NCBI GenBank assembly: GCA_043822925.1
Contig: JBDRBF010000023.1
Coordinates: forward strand, 1-61,383
DNA: 61,383 nt
Source of the DNA: a bacterium
GTDB lineage: Bacteria; Babelota; Babeliae; Babelales; RVW-14
Reading direction: 5' to 3'
Shown: positions 19,590 through 29,273 of the stretch, one piece after another
Layout: every line of letters starts with the position of its first letter
Position numbering within the stretch: position 1 is the stretch's first letter
Made by a program: the position numbers and the translations under genes
Notes under the pieces: model-generated
Told to the model about the DNA's origin: nothing
What the model saw: only the letters and a program-made list of their open reading frames with translations
Database searches by the model: none

Positions 19590-20913
19590 CGCTGCATTTT
19601 TTATTCCTGATTCGTGTGGTTTTTTGATTGTTTTTTCTGGCTTGCTTTTATTTTATATATTTTTAAAACAGCAAAATTTATGGCACAATTTTAGTGCAGG
19701 ATTTACGTGGGGGCTGGTGGCCTACGGATTGCACTTTATCTGGCTCCATGAGCTGCTTGCTAAAAAGTCGTGCGCTGGCACAGGGCTTTCTCTTTTTTTA
19801 TATATATTTATTGTCATATATTTTTCTTTTACGAGTGCTCTTTGGTTTGGCGCTAGTACTTTTTTTGTAAATTTAACACGTAAAATTTGTGTACTAAAAA
19901 CAATTATAAGTGTTTGCGTGATAAGTATAATTACAGGAATTTATTTTTGGTTTTTAGGTAATTACGCATTGTTTTTTATGGGGATCTGTGAAGGTTATCC
20001 ATGCCTAAATCCCGCAATACCATTAGCTCGCTATAAAATATTTTTACGTTTAGTTTCATGTTTATATGGGTTTATGCCTGGAGTAAGTCATATAGATTAT
20101 GCGAGGGATCTTCAATCACCATTTAAATTATATGATATTGTTTATTTAAAGCCTGCGCCAGCATTGCAAACACAAAATAAACTGGCGCTTGAGCAATATG
20201 TATATCATAAGATCGTGCAAGGGAGTACGAAACTTTTGCTTGCTGCAAATGGCGGAAAGGGCGAGGATGGATCCCAGATCAAGTCTGGGATGACAAGACT
20301 TTCAAAGCAAAGTCTTGTCATTTATGTCGCACCAGAAAGTTTTTTCCCATATCCGTTAAATACAAATCCAGAAATACTTAAATTTTGGAGTAACGCATTG
20401 CCATACTCAAGTCATTTACTTATGGGAAGTTTTTATCAAGAAGAAAATAAAAGTTTATGTCACTGCGTATATCATATATTTCATGGTAAAATTATTAATT
20501 GTTATAAAAAAAAACATAGTGTAATTTTTGTTGAAAAAATGCCACCATTCTTTAAAAAATGTATTATACTAAGGGACATGTTTTTGAAAGATTTGTCAGA
20601 GCTGAGTGTAGAAACAAAGTGTAATCAAAAAACTATTTTTACTATTGGATCAACGCAAATAATTTCGCAAATATGTTCAGATTTTTTTTTAAAAAATAAG
20701 GTACAAGATCTTTTATATAATATTCAATGTGATGGTAGTGGCGATTATAAAAATGTGTGTATATTTTTGTATGTAAATGATAGCTGGTTTGTTGATTATT
20801 TTAAAAAAATAATGGAAAATCTAATCTATCTTAAAGTAGCGCAGCTTAGAATTCCCATAGTTTTCATTAATCATACTAAGTGTAAAGAAATATGGTCAAG
20901 ATCCCCGGAATAA
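19516..20913 (+). CDS. lnt: Apolipoprotein N-acyltransferase-like protein
   Basis: N-terminal multi-TM domain, then nitrilase-fold triad motifs APESFF (E), YKKKHSVIFVEKMP (K), QICSDFF (C), and VNDSWF. Confidence 0.8.
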   Translation: MTYKTRRLTIFQLLSTTLLSALLFSAAFFIPDSCGFLIVFSGLLLFYIFLKQQNLWHNFSAGFTWGLVAYGLHFIWLHELLAKKSCAGTGLSLFLYIFIVIYFSFTSALWFGASTFFVNLTRKICVLKTIISVCVISIITGIYFWFLGNYALFFMGICEGYPCLNPAIPLARYKIFLRLVSCLYGFMPGVSHIDYARDLQSPFKLYDIVYLKPAPALQTQNKLALEQYVYHKIVQGSTKLLLAANGGKGEDGSQIKSGMTRLSKQSLVIYVAPESFFPYPLNTNPEILKFWSNALPYSSHLLMGSFYQEENKSLCHCVYHIFHGKIINCYKKKHSVIFVEKMPPFFKKCIILRDMFLKDLSELSVETKCNQKTIFTIGSTQIISQICSDFFLKNKVQDLLYNIQCDGSGDYKNVCIFLYVNDSWFVDYFKKIMENLIYLKVAQLRIPIVFINHTKCKEIWSRSPE

Positions 20914-20949
20914 AATAAGTATATGTACATAACGTAAGAAGGAGCACCG

Positions 20950-21393
20950 ATGCGTGTTTATATGCTCAAAGATGTTGAAAAAGTTGGAATGGCCGGACAT
21001 ATTATTGAAGTTTCAGATGGCTATGCTAAAAATTTTTTATTTCCAAAAAAATTAGCGGTAAATGCAGCTGGTGCACATGCGGCTAGTTATGAAAAACGTG
21101 TCGTTAAAGAAAAGATAGAAAAACAAGTACTTAATAGCAAAATGGACATGCTTGCTGAACGCATAAAAACATTACATATTACTATTAAAGAACGTAGCCA
21201 TGATGATGGTAAATTATATGGTTCAGTTGGAGCAGACGAAGTACTTGTACATTTAAAAGAAAAAGATATCTCAGTTAACAAGAAACAAATTGAATTTGAT
21301 AAAGCAATTAGAAATGTCGGTGAACATAAAGTTACTGTAAAGCTTTCATCGAAACTTAAACCTCAATTTACCTTAAAAGTGGTGGCAAAATAA
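20950..21393 (+). CDS. rplI: 50S ribosomal protein L9
   Basis: DVEKVG...VSDGYAKNFLFPK; GKLYGSV. Confidence 0.97.
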   Translation: MRVYMLKDVEKVGMAGHIIEVSDGYAKNFLFPKKLAVNAAGAHAASYEKRVVKEKIEKQVLNSKMDMLAERIKTLHITIKERSHDDGKLYGSVGADEVLVHLKEKDISVNKKQIEFDKAIRNVGEHKVTVKLSSKLKPQFTLKVVAK

Positions 21394-21394
21394 A

Positions 21395-22798
21395 ATGGCG
21401 GACAATGCACCTACTTTTCAAAAATTCAGACAAGATCAACCTAAACAACGAGAGACTGAAGGCATTTTGGGAAAAAGTTTGCCTTCTAATCTGGATGCCG
21501 AAAAGTCGGTGCTTGCTGCTATTTTGCTTAATGACGAAAATATTACATTAGTTTCAGATCAACTTAAGCCTGACGATTTTTATAGTAAAGCACACGCAGC
21601 ACTATTTCAGTCGATTTTAGAACTTGCTCAAGATTCTAAACGTATTGACCTGGTTGTTTTGCAAGATCATCTTGAAAAACATAATAGGCTTGTTACCGTT
21701 GGCGGTATTGAATATTTAATAGAACTGCAAGAAGACATTCCATCAATGGGATTAATTATTCAGCATGCAAAAATTGTACGTGATAAAGCTGTCTTGCGTA
21801 ACTTAATACATTCGGCAGCTGAAATTATTACAACGTGTTATGACCAAAAAATTAGTGAAATTGATTCAGTATTAGATCAAGCAGAAAGTAAGATTTACCA
21901 AATCTCGAATAAACTTGCGGCGCCAACGTTCGTACAGCTTGATATTTTACTCAAAAAAACTTTCAATCATTTGGCTCAAATTAAAAGCCATCAAGAGGGC
22001 GTTACCGGTGTTCCAGCTGGTTTTGAACGTTTTGACACCATGACATCTGGGATGCAAAAAGGGGACTTACTTATTTTGGCAGCACGACCATCTATGGGAA
22101 AAACAGCGTTGTCTCTTAATATTATGCTTAATGCTTGGAAAAGTGGTGCAGCAGTTGGTATGTTCTCTTTAGAAATGTCTTCAGAACAGTTAATCTTACG
22201 TATGCTTTCAGCCGAATCAGAAATACCAAATCAAAAAATACGTAATGCTCTTGTTTCGCCAGAAGAATGGGTAATTCTTACTAATCATGCTGCAGCATTG
22301 GCTGAAGCAAAGATTTTCATAGATGATTCTGCGACAATTAATATTATGGAATTACGCGCAAAAGCGCGTAAACTTAAAGCCCGTGAAAATATCCAACTAT
22401 TGATTATCGATTATTTACAATTAATTGGGTCTCATGGTCGGCACGAAAATAGAACACAAGAAATTTCAGCAATTTCGCGTGCCCTTAAATCTTTGGCTAA
22501 AGAACTGCAAATTCCAATACTTGCCCTTTCACAGCTTTCACGTTCACTTGAAGCACGTATAAATAAACGTCCCATGCTTTCAGACTTACGAGAATCTGGT
22601 GCGATTGAGCAAGACGCTGACGTCGTGTTTTTTGTATACCGGGATATTGTATATAATCCTGACACTGAATACCCAGATATAGCTGAAATAATTATTGGTA
22701 AACAACGTAACGGTCCGATTGGCTCGCTTAATGTCCGCTTCCGAAGTGACGTACAATTATTTGAAGAAGCCCCACCTGAATTACAAGATCCGTTTTAA
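21395..22798 (+). CDS. dnaB: Replicative DNA helicase
   Basis: AARPSMGKT, FSLEMS, IIDYLQL, LSQLSR, DLRESGAIEQDAD, KQRNGP. Confidence 0.98.
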   Translation: MADNAPTFQKFRQDQPKQRETEGILGKSLPSNLDAEKSVLAAILLNDENITLVSDQLKPDDFYSKAHAALFQSILELAQDSKRIDLVVLQDHLEKHNRLVTVGGIEYLIELQEDIPSMGLIIQHAKIVRDKAVLRNLIHSAAEIITTCYDQKISEIDSVLDQAESKIYQISNKLAAPTFVQLDILLKKTFNHLAQIKSHQEGVTGVPAGFERFDTMTSGMQKGDLLILAARPSMGKTALSLNIMLNAWKSGAAVGMFSLEMSSEQLILRMLSAESEIPNQKIRNALVSPEEWVILTNHAAALAEAKIFIDDSATINIMELRAKARKLKARENIQLLIIDYLQLIGSHGRHENRTQEISAISRALKSLAKELQIPILALSQLSRSLEARINKRPMLSDLRESGAIEQDADVVFFVYRDIVYNPDTEYPDIAEIIIGKQRNGPIGSLNVRFRSDVQLFEEAPPELQDPF

Positions 22799-22871
22799 TA
22801 TTTTTGAGACATAAATTCTGGCCTAAAATAGTTTTGTGCTCAGCATAAAAAATTTAAGAGGAGAGTTTTTA

Positions 22872-23459
22872 ATGTCGGGATTAGTAATGGAGCCTTCAAA
22901 AATCATTTTAGGTATCGATCCCGGCTTTGGCACGACTGGTTACGCAATTCTCAAAAAAGATCAAAATAAAGCAACGCTTTTAGATTATGGATACTTATCA
23001 CTGCCAACGCAAAAACATTTGTCTGAGCGCATTGGTATCTTCTATAATTTTTTTAATTCTAAAATTTCTGAGCTTAAAATAACCCAGCTTGCTATAGAGA
23101 CCCCTTTTTTAGGCAAAAATGTCCAAACGTTTTTAAAACTGGGATACTTGCGTGGCGCTCTGTATTTATTAGCAGACCAGCATAATATAAATCTCTTTGA
23201 ATTCTCCCCACGGGAAGTTAAAGCTGCCGTTACAGGTTTTGGTGGGGCTTCTAAAGACCAGGTTGCGAGTATGATACTTCGGTTTTTTCCCAAGATTAAC
23301 CAAGTAAAAGCTACTGCAAAAAGCGACGTCACTGACGCCTTGGCTGTTTGTTTGACAGGGTTTTGGATGAGTGAACGCAAGAAGTTACTTGCAGCTGTCC
23401 CTGACATGTCCGATAAGTCTAAATTAATTCAAAAAGCAGTTCCAGAGCCGAAATCCTAA
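22872..23459 (+). CDS. ruvC: Holliday junction resolvase
   Basis: ILGIDPG, LAIETPF, VKAAVTGFGGASKDQV, DVTDALAV. Confidence 0.95.
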   Translation: MSGLVMEPSKIILGIDPGFGTTGYAILKKDQNKATLLDYGYLSLPTQKHLSERIGIFYNFFNSKISELKITQLAIETPFLGKNVQTFLKLGYLRGALYLLADQHNINLFEFSPREVKAAVTGFGGASKDQVASMILRFFPKINQVKATAKSDVTDALAVCLTGFWMSERKKLLAAVPDMSDKSKLIQKAVPEPKS

Positions 23460-23481
23460 GATCAACAGAAGCTTAACCAAG

Positions 23482-23509
23482 TCGTCCGATAATGAATATT
23501 ATGTTAACT
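23482..23509 (+). other. dif: dif site (XerC/XerD chromosome dimer resolution site)
   Basis: tcgtccgataa-tgaata-ttatgttaact has the 11-6-11 layout and closely matches E. coli GGTGCGCATAA-TGTATA-TTATGTTAAAT; located where gene orientation converges. Confidence 0.88.
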
Positions 23510-24391
23510 TTTCAGCTTTCTCTTAACTTTGTGACTAAAATCAAAAAAATCTGCCAAACAAAATTTCACCTGTGGTTCATTTTTAGATTCGTCTTTATCA
23601 AAATTAATTTGTTTAAGAAATTTAGAAATGATTTTTTTATTTTTATTATATTTTGGTTTTTTAATTTCCAAATTTACTGTCTCAAAAATATTAAAAAGTT
23701 GAAGATCAATTAGTTCGTTAAAATATTCAATTAAACAGATAAGTGCATTTGAATTTCCATAGAGATATACATTCATCAAAATTTGATAAAAATTAAATTT
23801 TTTATCAATCGAATTTTCCATCTGCATAAGAGCAAAAACAAAATACTCAGGATCCATGGTTTTAACTATTTCAGAATGCTCATTAAAATAAGAACACAAT
23901 ATCCTTCGAGTTTCTTTATTTCCATATGCGGCAACTTCTTTTAGAATTATATCAAAATCGAAATTTTCTTGTTTTTTTTCACTGTATAAATCATTAATAC
24001 ATGATTTATCATGTTTCATAAATTCTTCTAACAAATCTTCTTTAACACGTTTAAGCTCTTTTTTGGGTATAAATCCCAAGAAATCAATCGATCTGAAAAA
24101 ATCCAAAACCTGCTCTCCATCCTGCCTATCTTCACATTCATCATTACAATCAAAATAGTCAGAATCAAGTAATCTTATAAAATTAATTTTTTTATCCGAT
24201 TCAAATTGTTTTTTCATTTGGTGCCAAACAGAAGCTCTTTCTTTCTCAAGACACTGTTTGAAACATTCAAGCGCTACAATAGTCTCTTTGCTCATACCTA
24301 ATTTTGTATGCCTCATGCCCAATAAATATACACTGAAAATCATTGCGATAAATAACAATAAAACAATACGAAAGCATTTGATCATCACCAT
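23504..24391 (-). CDS. Hypothetical exported protein, very AT-rich
   Basis: Signal-like N-terminus ending LLG-M; strong RBS; stop codon lies in the dif XerD arm. Confidence 0.7.
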   Translation of the reverse strand: MVMIKCFRIVLLLFIAMIFSVYLLGMRHTKLGMSKETIVALECFKQCLEKERASVWHQMKKQFESDKKINFIRLLDSDYFDCNDECEDRQDGEQVLDFFRSIDFLGFIPKKELKRVKEDLLEEFMKHDKSCINDLYSEKKQENFDFDIILKEVAAYGNKETRRILCSYFNEHSEIVKTMDPEYFVFALMQMENSIDKKFNFYQILMNVYLYGNSNALICLIEYFNELIDLQLFNIFETVNLEIKKPKYNKNKKIISKFLKQINFDKDESKNEPQVKFCLADFFDFSHKVKRKLKS

Positions 24392-24637
24392 ATCCCCTCC
24401 CCTTATGAGCCTTCTACTCTTTCTCTCCGATAAGTCTCTTTAATACATTTAAAATATTAAAACGCCCGAACAGCCCTAAAGAGAGCTCCAATAAATAACT
24501 ATTTTTTAATATCCTACGTAGCAATAAGTTTAATCGTCAATGATTTTAATATTTGAAGCTTTCTAGCGAACAAAAAGCTCGGAGAGAAGCTCTTTCTTAA
24601 ATAGATTTATAAGAATGGTTCACAGAAGGCGCAAACG

Positions 24638-24656
24638 GTGCGCCCGCTGGGCGCAC
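24638..24656 (-). mobile_element. Probable 5' remnant of a class C group II intron
   Basis: GTGCGCCCAGCGGGCGCAC starts directly after the T-tract of an intrinsic terminator, the target site of IIC introns. No RT ORF or domain V is visible. Confidence 0.5.
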
Positions 24657-24692
24657 AAAAAAAACGCCATGTGAGTGAAGTCCCACATGGCG
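24657..24692 (-). terminator. Intrinsic terminator
   Basis: 9-bp stem cgccatgtg/cacatggcg followed by T8 on the minus strand. Confidence 0.85.
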
Positions 24693-24847
24693 AAAAAGGA
24701 GAAAGGAGAGTAGTAATGAAGTCTTTTAATACTTACTTGATTAACTTTATTTCAATAATCTTCCAGGTCCTCTATTATTTATTACAGTTCTCGAACATTC
24801 CGGAGTCTTGTTTCAAGCTTCCGGGGAGTCGCATCCCATATTAAACT
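24657..24847 (-). ncRNA. Candidate small RNA (about 190 nt)
   Basis: TTGATT-16-TATGAT promoter-like pair (24881-24854), no credible ORF, and a strong terminator that no CDS lies close to. Confidence 0.45.
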
Positions 24848-25136
24848 AAGACCATCATAACAAATTCTAACAGAGAATCAAGTCAAATTTTCACTATTTA
24901 TAAAGCATTTTAAAAAAACACTAAAAAATACATTAAATCAACGAAATTCCTATGAGAATTGTTTCAAAGAGCATAAAAAGCTTCTCAGCCAACAAAACTG
25001 GCCCCTAGCAGAACCATAACTTACGCTGGGACCTAATAAACTATAGGTTTTAGATGGAAAGTCAAACTTTTAGAACAAAAAAACATAGTTAATTTATAGT
25101 TTTTCTTATGTAATTTACGGTGTTTTTTGAATTAGA

Positions 25137-26261
25137 TTACAATTCAATGAGAAACATTTTTTGTATATCTATTGATTTAAGCAAATTATCAGAGTTTATC
25201 GGGGAAGTTATAAAGATCTGGCAGTCTAATTGCTCTAATATTGCCAAGCACAAAGAGATCTTTTCAGGGTCAAAATCAGCTGTCAAAAAGTCGTCCAGAA
25301 GCAAGACCCCTGCATTATTTTGAGCCAAAGTTTGTTGTAACTGAGCTACTTTGATTAAAAACGTAATAAGCTTTTGTTGACCACGTGAAGCAAAAACGCG
25401 TGCACGCTTTTTTTGAAAAATAATAGCAAAATCATCAATATGAGCCCCAAACAAACTTCTTGAAAGTTTAAATTCTAGATCTGTTTTATGTTGATAATCG
25501 GCCCAAAACCGCTCAAAACTTTGTGTATCAGATTTATTTTTGGCTTGATACGTAAAAGATACGTTAAATTCATCTTCTAATTGTACGTTTTGTTGTGATG
25601 CATAGTTAAAATACGTACGTAATAAACTATTTACCTGAGTTTCTAGATATACCAAATAATCACAGCGGGCTTTTTGAATTACGCGGGTTTGTTGCCAGAG
25701 CTTTTCAGTCCAAATGCCCAATTCTTGAGCTACTCGATTTTCATTCCCATAATTGTTACTAATCAGGCTATTGCGCTGAGTAAGTATTTGTTTATACAAT
25801 TTGAGTTCCTGCAAAACAGCAGGATTCTGTAAAATTAACGAGAAATTTAAGAATTCACGCCGGATATCTGGAACACCACTAACCAGTAATAAATCTTCGG
25901 CTGTAAGCGTATATATACGGTAATTAGTGATAAGTTCTTTATATGATTGTATTGGCTTCTGATTAAGTTTAACCAATTTGCCCTCTTGGGCTGTATAGCC
26001 AACTTGAACAGTATCTGCCCCACCCTGCTCTTGCGTATCGAAATTAATACGAACAAAAAAATGTTCTTTTTCAAGATTTACTAAGTCTTTACTCAGGTGG
26101 CTTCTAAATGAACGCAAGTAACAACTATAATGTATAGCTTCTAATAAACTTGTCTTGCCTGTACCATTTTTACCCTTAATAACAACGAATTTGCCGTCAA
26201 TATCAAATGTTTTATTAGTAAAACAACGAAAATTATTAAGGGTAATAGATTTTATGAGCAC
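25137..26261 (-). CDS. recF: DNA replication/repair protein RecF
   Basis: NFR, GKNGTGKTSLLEAI, RSFR, GAHIDD, ASRGQQK, LLLDD. Confidence 0.93.
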   Translation of the reverse strand: MLIKSITLNNFRCFTNKTFDIDGKFVVIKGKNGTGKTSLLEAIHYSCYLRSFRSHLSKDLVNLEKEHFFVRINFDTQEQGGADTVQVGYTAQEGKLVKLNQKPIQSYKELITNYRIYTLTAEDLLLVSGVPDIRREFLNFSLILQNPAVLQELKLYKQILTQRNSLISNNYGNENRVAQELGIWTEKLWQQTRVIQKARCDYLVYLETQVNSLLRTYFNYASQQNVQLEDEFNVSFTYQAKNKSDTQSFERFWADYQHKTDLEFKLSRSLFGAHIDDFAIIFQKKRARVFASRGQQKLITFLIKVAQLQQTLAQNNAGVLLLDDFLTADFDPEKISLCLAILEQLDCQIFITSPINSDNLLKSIDIQKMFLIEL

Positions 26262-26270
26262 CAGACCCCT

Positions 26271-27389
26271 TTAGTTTTGTACCATAGATACAGGCATTAC
26301 TAAATATGTCAGATGGTACTCTTCTTCTTGTGCTTCAAAAATAATAGGCCTGGTACTATCTTTCACAAAAAAAGAAATATCTGCTTTAGGAAACACTTGC
26401 AAGCCGTTTAATAAATACGGAGAATAAAAACGACTTTCTACTTTATCGCCTTCGTACCCTTGCATATTTATAGACTCTTCAAGTTTTCCAACTTCTTTGT
26501 TTTGTAATTTTACCGTGACCGATTTTGGAGCAAACGTAAAATTTGTTGCAACAAATTGTCCTGCAAGCAGGCAACCGGTACGCTTGAGGGTTCTTACTAA
26601 TTGGTCTTTAGCCAGTTGTGCGGGGAAAAAACCATCTTTGTTTAAAACAGGCTGATATTGTGGAAATGGATCAGACACTAAACGAGTAAACAAATTAAAG
26701 TTTTTGCCCGAAAATACAAGTTGGTTACCACAAGTTCCTAAGAAAACTTTATCGTCTGTGTTGCTTTCAAGAAGTTTTTTAAGTTCAAGTGCTGCACGCT
26801 TAGGCAATAACCATTTTTTTTCTTCTTCTAACGTATATTTTGTAGACGTCAGTCTGGCCAGACAATGCCCATCAGTTGTCACAAATGACATTCGTGTTGA
26901 ATCAAATTCAATAAGCATGCCATTAAGGGCTGAGTTTGCGTTATTTTGTGGAATAAGAAACGCAATTTTATTAAGTGCGCCAAGTAAAAACGCAGAATCA
27001 AAGTTCATAAGATTTTCAATTTTTTCTGGGAATGGAGGAAATTCCTCAGGATCTTTGATATTAAGTGCAAGATCAATTCCATCAGCTTTTAAATGTAATT
27101 GATTTTCATGAATATCAAATTCAATTTGACCGTCCATTTCTTTAACTAATTCGAAAATGCGCTTGCCCGAAATTAAGAAGTTTTTATTTTCTTCAAAATT
27201 GCTTTCTATTGCCATATGGGCTTGAAGGCTAATTTCTAGATCTGTTGCTTTAAGTGTTAATTCTCGTGGTGCAACTTCAAACATAATTGATTCTGTGATA
27301 TCAAGAGATGTGCGTTTATTGCAAATAGGCTGCATTGATGCCAGAAGCGCCAGTAGCTCTTTTTGTTCAACGACAAATTTGCCTTCCAT
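26271..27389 (-). CDS. dnaN: DNA polymerase III beta clamp
   Basis: ATDLEI, TTDGHCL, FPQY, YLVMPV; 372 aa; directly upstream of recF. Confidence 0.95.
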   Translation of the reverse strand: MEGKFVVEQKELLALLASMQPICNKRTSLDITESIMFEVAPRELTLKATDLEISLQAHMAIESNFEENKNFLISGKRIFELVKEMDGQIEFDIHENQLHLKADGIDLALNIKDPEEFPPFPEKIENLMNFDSAFLLGALNKIAFLIPQNNANSALNGMLIEFDSTRMSFVTTDGHCLARLTSTKYTLEEEKKWLLPKRAALELKKLLESNTDDKVFLGTCGNQLVFSGKNFNLFTRLVSDPFPQYQPVLNKDGFFPAQLAKDQLVRTLKRTGCLLAGQFVATNFTFAPKSVTVKLQNKEVGKLEESINMQGYEGDKVESRFYSPYLLNGLQVFPKADISFFVKDSTRPIIFEAQEEEYHLTYLVMPVSMVQN

Positions 27390-27493
27390 GTGACCTTCCC
27401 ATCATATGTAATTGGTTATTGTTAATAATTGGTAAACTTCTACTTTTGAGCATACAAAGTATACTACAGGAAGCTTTTAAATAAAAATTTATA

Positions 27494-29263
27494 TTAAATA
27501 AAACCGCCAACCTGAGTGTTCCATAATTTTGTATAAACACTCGAATTTTTTATTAATTCATTATGCGTCCCGTCTTCAACAATTTGTCCCTGGTCAAACA
27601 CCAAAATTCTATCCATAGACATAAGTGTTGATAAACGATGCGCTATGACAATAACTGTTTTATTCTGCATGAGTGTTGCAAAACTATCTTGAATACATTT
27701 TTCTGTTTGAGAATCAAGCGCCGACGTCGCTTCGTCCATAATTAAGATAGGGGCGTTTTTTAAAAAAGCACGGGCGATTGCGATGCGTTGCCGTTGACCG
27801 CCTGAAATTTTAATCCCCCGCTCACCAACTACTGTGTCATAGCCATATTCTGTTGAAAGAATAAAATCATGTGCATAGGTCTTTTTAGCCGCCCAAATAA
27901 TCTCACTTTCAGCGGCAGAATCTAACCCATAGGCTATATTTTCTTTAAACGAACGGTGAAACAATATAGTTTCTTGAGGTATAAAACTTATATTTTGACG
28001 CAGCGATTGCTGAGTCACATTTTTAACATTATAACCATCAACCAAAATACTCCCCGTTTGCACATCAAAAATCCGTGTAATTAAGTTAACAAATGTACTT
28101 TTACCTGCGCCAGAAAAGCCAACTATGCCTACTTTTTGATTTTGCTCAATTTTAACAGAAAGATTTGAGAAAATATTTTGTTGCCCATAAAAAGCGAAAT
28201 TTACAGAATCAAAGATAATTTCGCCTCGCACATTTTTTAAAACATGAGCACGTGGTAAATCAATTATTTTATGCTCTATATTTATTAGCTTAAGCGCTTG
28301 CTTACATCTGCCAACAGATTCTGAAAACGTCACAAAATCTTCTGAGATATTCGAAATTATTTCAGAGATAGAAAGCGCTAACGATATGGTTAATGCAAAA
28401 TCTCCAATTGTTATGGCACTATTTTGCCGCGCATAGAGCAAAACAACTAATAATAGCGCAACCATACCAAAAACGGAGAGAGACTGGATGGTACGTATTT
28501 TTAACATACACCATTCTAATTTTTTACCCGCCTTAACTTGTTCATCAAGAGCACGCCGGACATCAGCCATTTCTCTTTGGTGTTGAGTAAAGAGTCTTAC
28601 CGTCATAACATTAGATAAGCTATCAACAATTTTTCCGGTAACCTGATTTTGTGTGCCAGAAAGGACTTCAGCCAACGCGCCAGATTTTTTTGATAACATA
28701 ACAGAAATTACCAAGAAAAATACAGTCCAAGATATTAAAATTAACGCTAATAATGGATGAACGGTAAACAACGTTACCGAGGCTATCAATAATGACAAAA
28801 AATGAGCAAAAAACTTATTAATTGTTATTTTTATTATTTCTTTAACACTTTGAGACATTTCTTTAATTTGAGAAGCAATCGACCCGCTCATATTATCTTG
28901 GAAAAAAGAGTGCGACTGAAATTCGACATATGCAAGCATGCTACTGGTTATATCAGCTTGTATTTGAGGCAACATAAACAACCGTACAGCATCATAAAAT
29001 CTAAATGCCAAAATCAACACTGCCATAGAAGCCAAATAACCAAGAATGGGAAATAATAATGCAATCACTAAGCTGCCCATATTTGGTTCATATTTTGCAA
29101 CGCCATCTATTATTAATTTCATCATGTATGGCCTGACTGACAAGTCAAAAGCCAAAACAACTGATACTAAAAGTAAACAGGCTATCTTAAACGTATGCCG
29201 TTTAAGAAAATACCAAATAAATGGTACTAATTTTTTTGGTATAGAAAATATGTCTTCGCTCAT
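27494..29263 (-). CDS. ABC exporter (fused TMD + NBD)
   Basis: Six-TM N-terminal half; GFSGAGKST, ISGGQRQRIAIARA, MDEATSALD, IAHRLST. Confidence 0.95.
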   Translation of the reverse strand: MSEDIFSIPKKLVPFIWYFLKRHTFKIACLLLVSVVLAFDLSVRPYMMKLIIDGVAKYEPNMGSLVIALLFPILGYLASMAVLILAFRFYDAVRLFMLPQIQADITSSMLAYVEFQSHSFFQDNMSGSIASQIKEMSQSVKEIIKITINKFFAHFLSLLIASVTLFTVHPLLALILISWTVFFLVISVMLSKKSGALAEVLSGTQNQVTGKIVDSLSNVMTVRLFTQHQREMADVRRALDEQVKAGKKLEWCMLKIRTIQSLSVFGMVALLLVVLLYARQNSAITIGDFALTISLALSISEIISNISEDFVTFSESVGRCKQALKLINIEHKIIDLPRAHVLKNVRGEIIFDSVNFAFYGQQNIFSNLSVKIEQNQKVGIVGFSGAGKSTFVNLITRIFDVQTGSILVDGYNVKNVTQQSLRQNISFIPQETILFHRSFKENIAYGLDSAAESEIIWAAKKTYAHDFILSTEYGYDTVVGERGIKISGGQRQRIAIARAFLKNAPILIMDEATSALDSQTEKCIQDSFATLMQNKTVIVIAHRLSTLMSMDRILVFDQGQIVEDGTHNELIKNSSVYTKLWNTQVGGFI

Positions 29264-29273
29264 GTCTTATGCT

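Noticed and set aside
25089-25116. Second dif-like site (ttatgtaattt)
   Set aside because: Weak XerD arm and no credible XerC arm; expected by chance in AT-rich DNA.
24400-27490. oriC next to dnaN/recF
   Set aside because: No dnaA and no DnaA-box cluster seen; skew polarity, gene convergence and dif all indicate the terminus.
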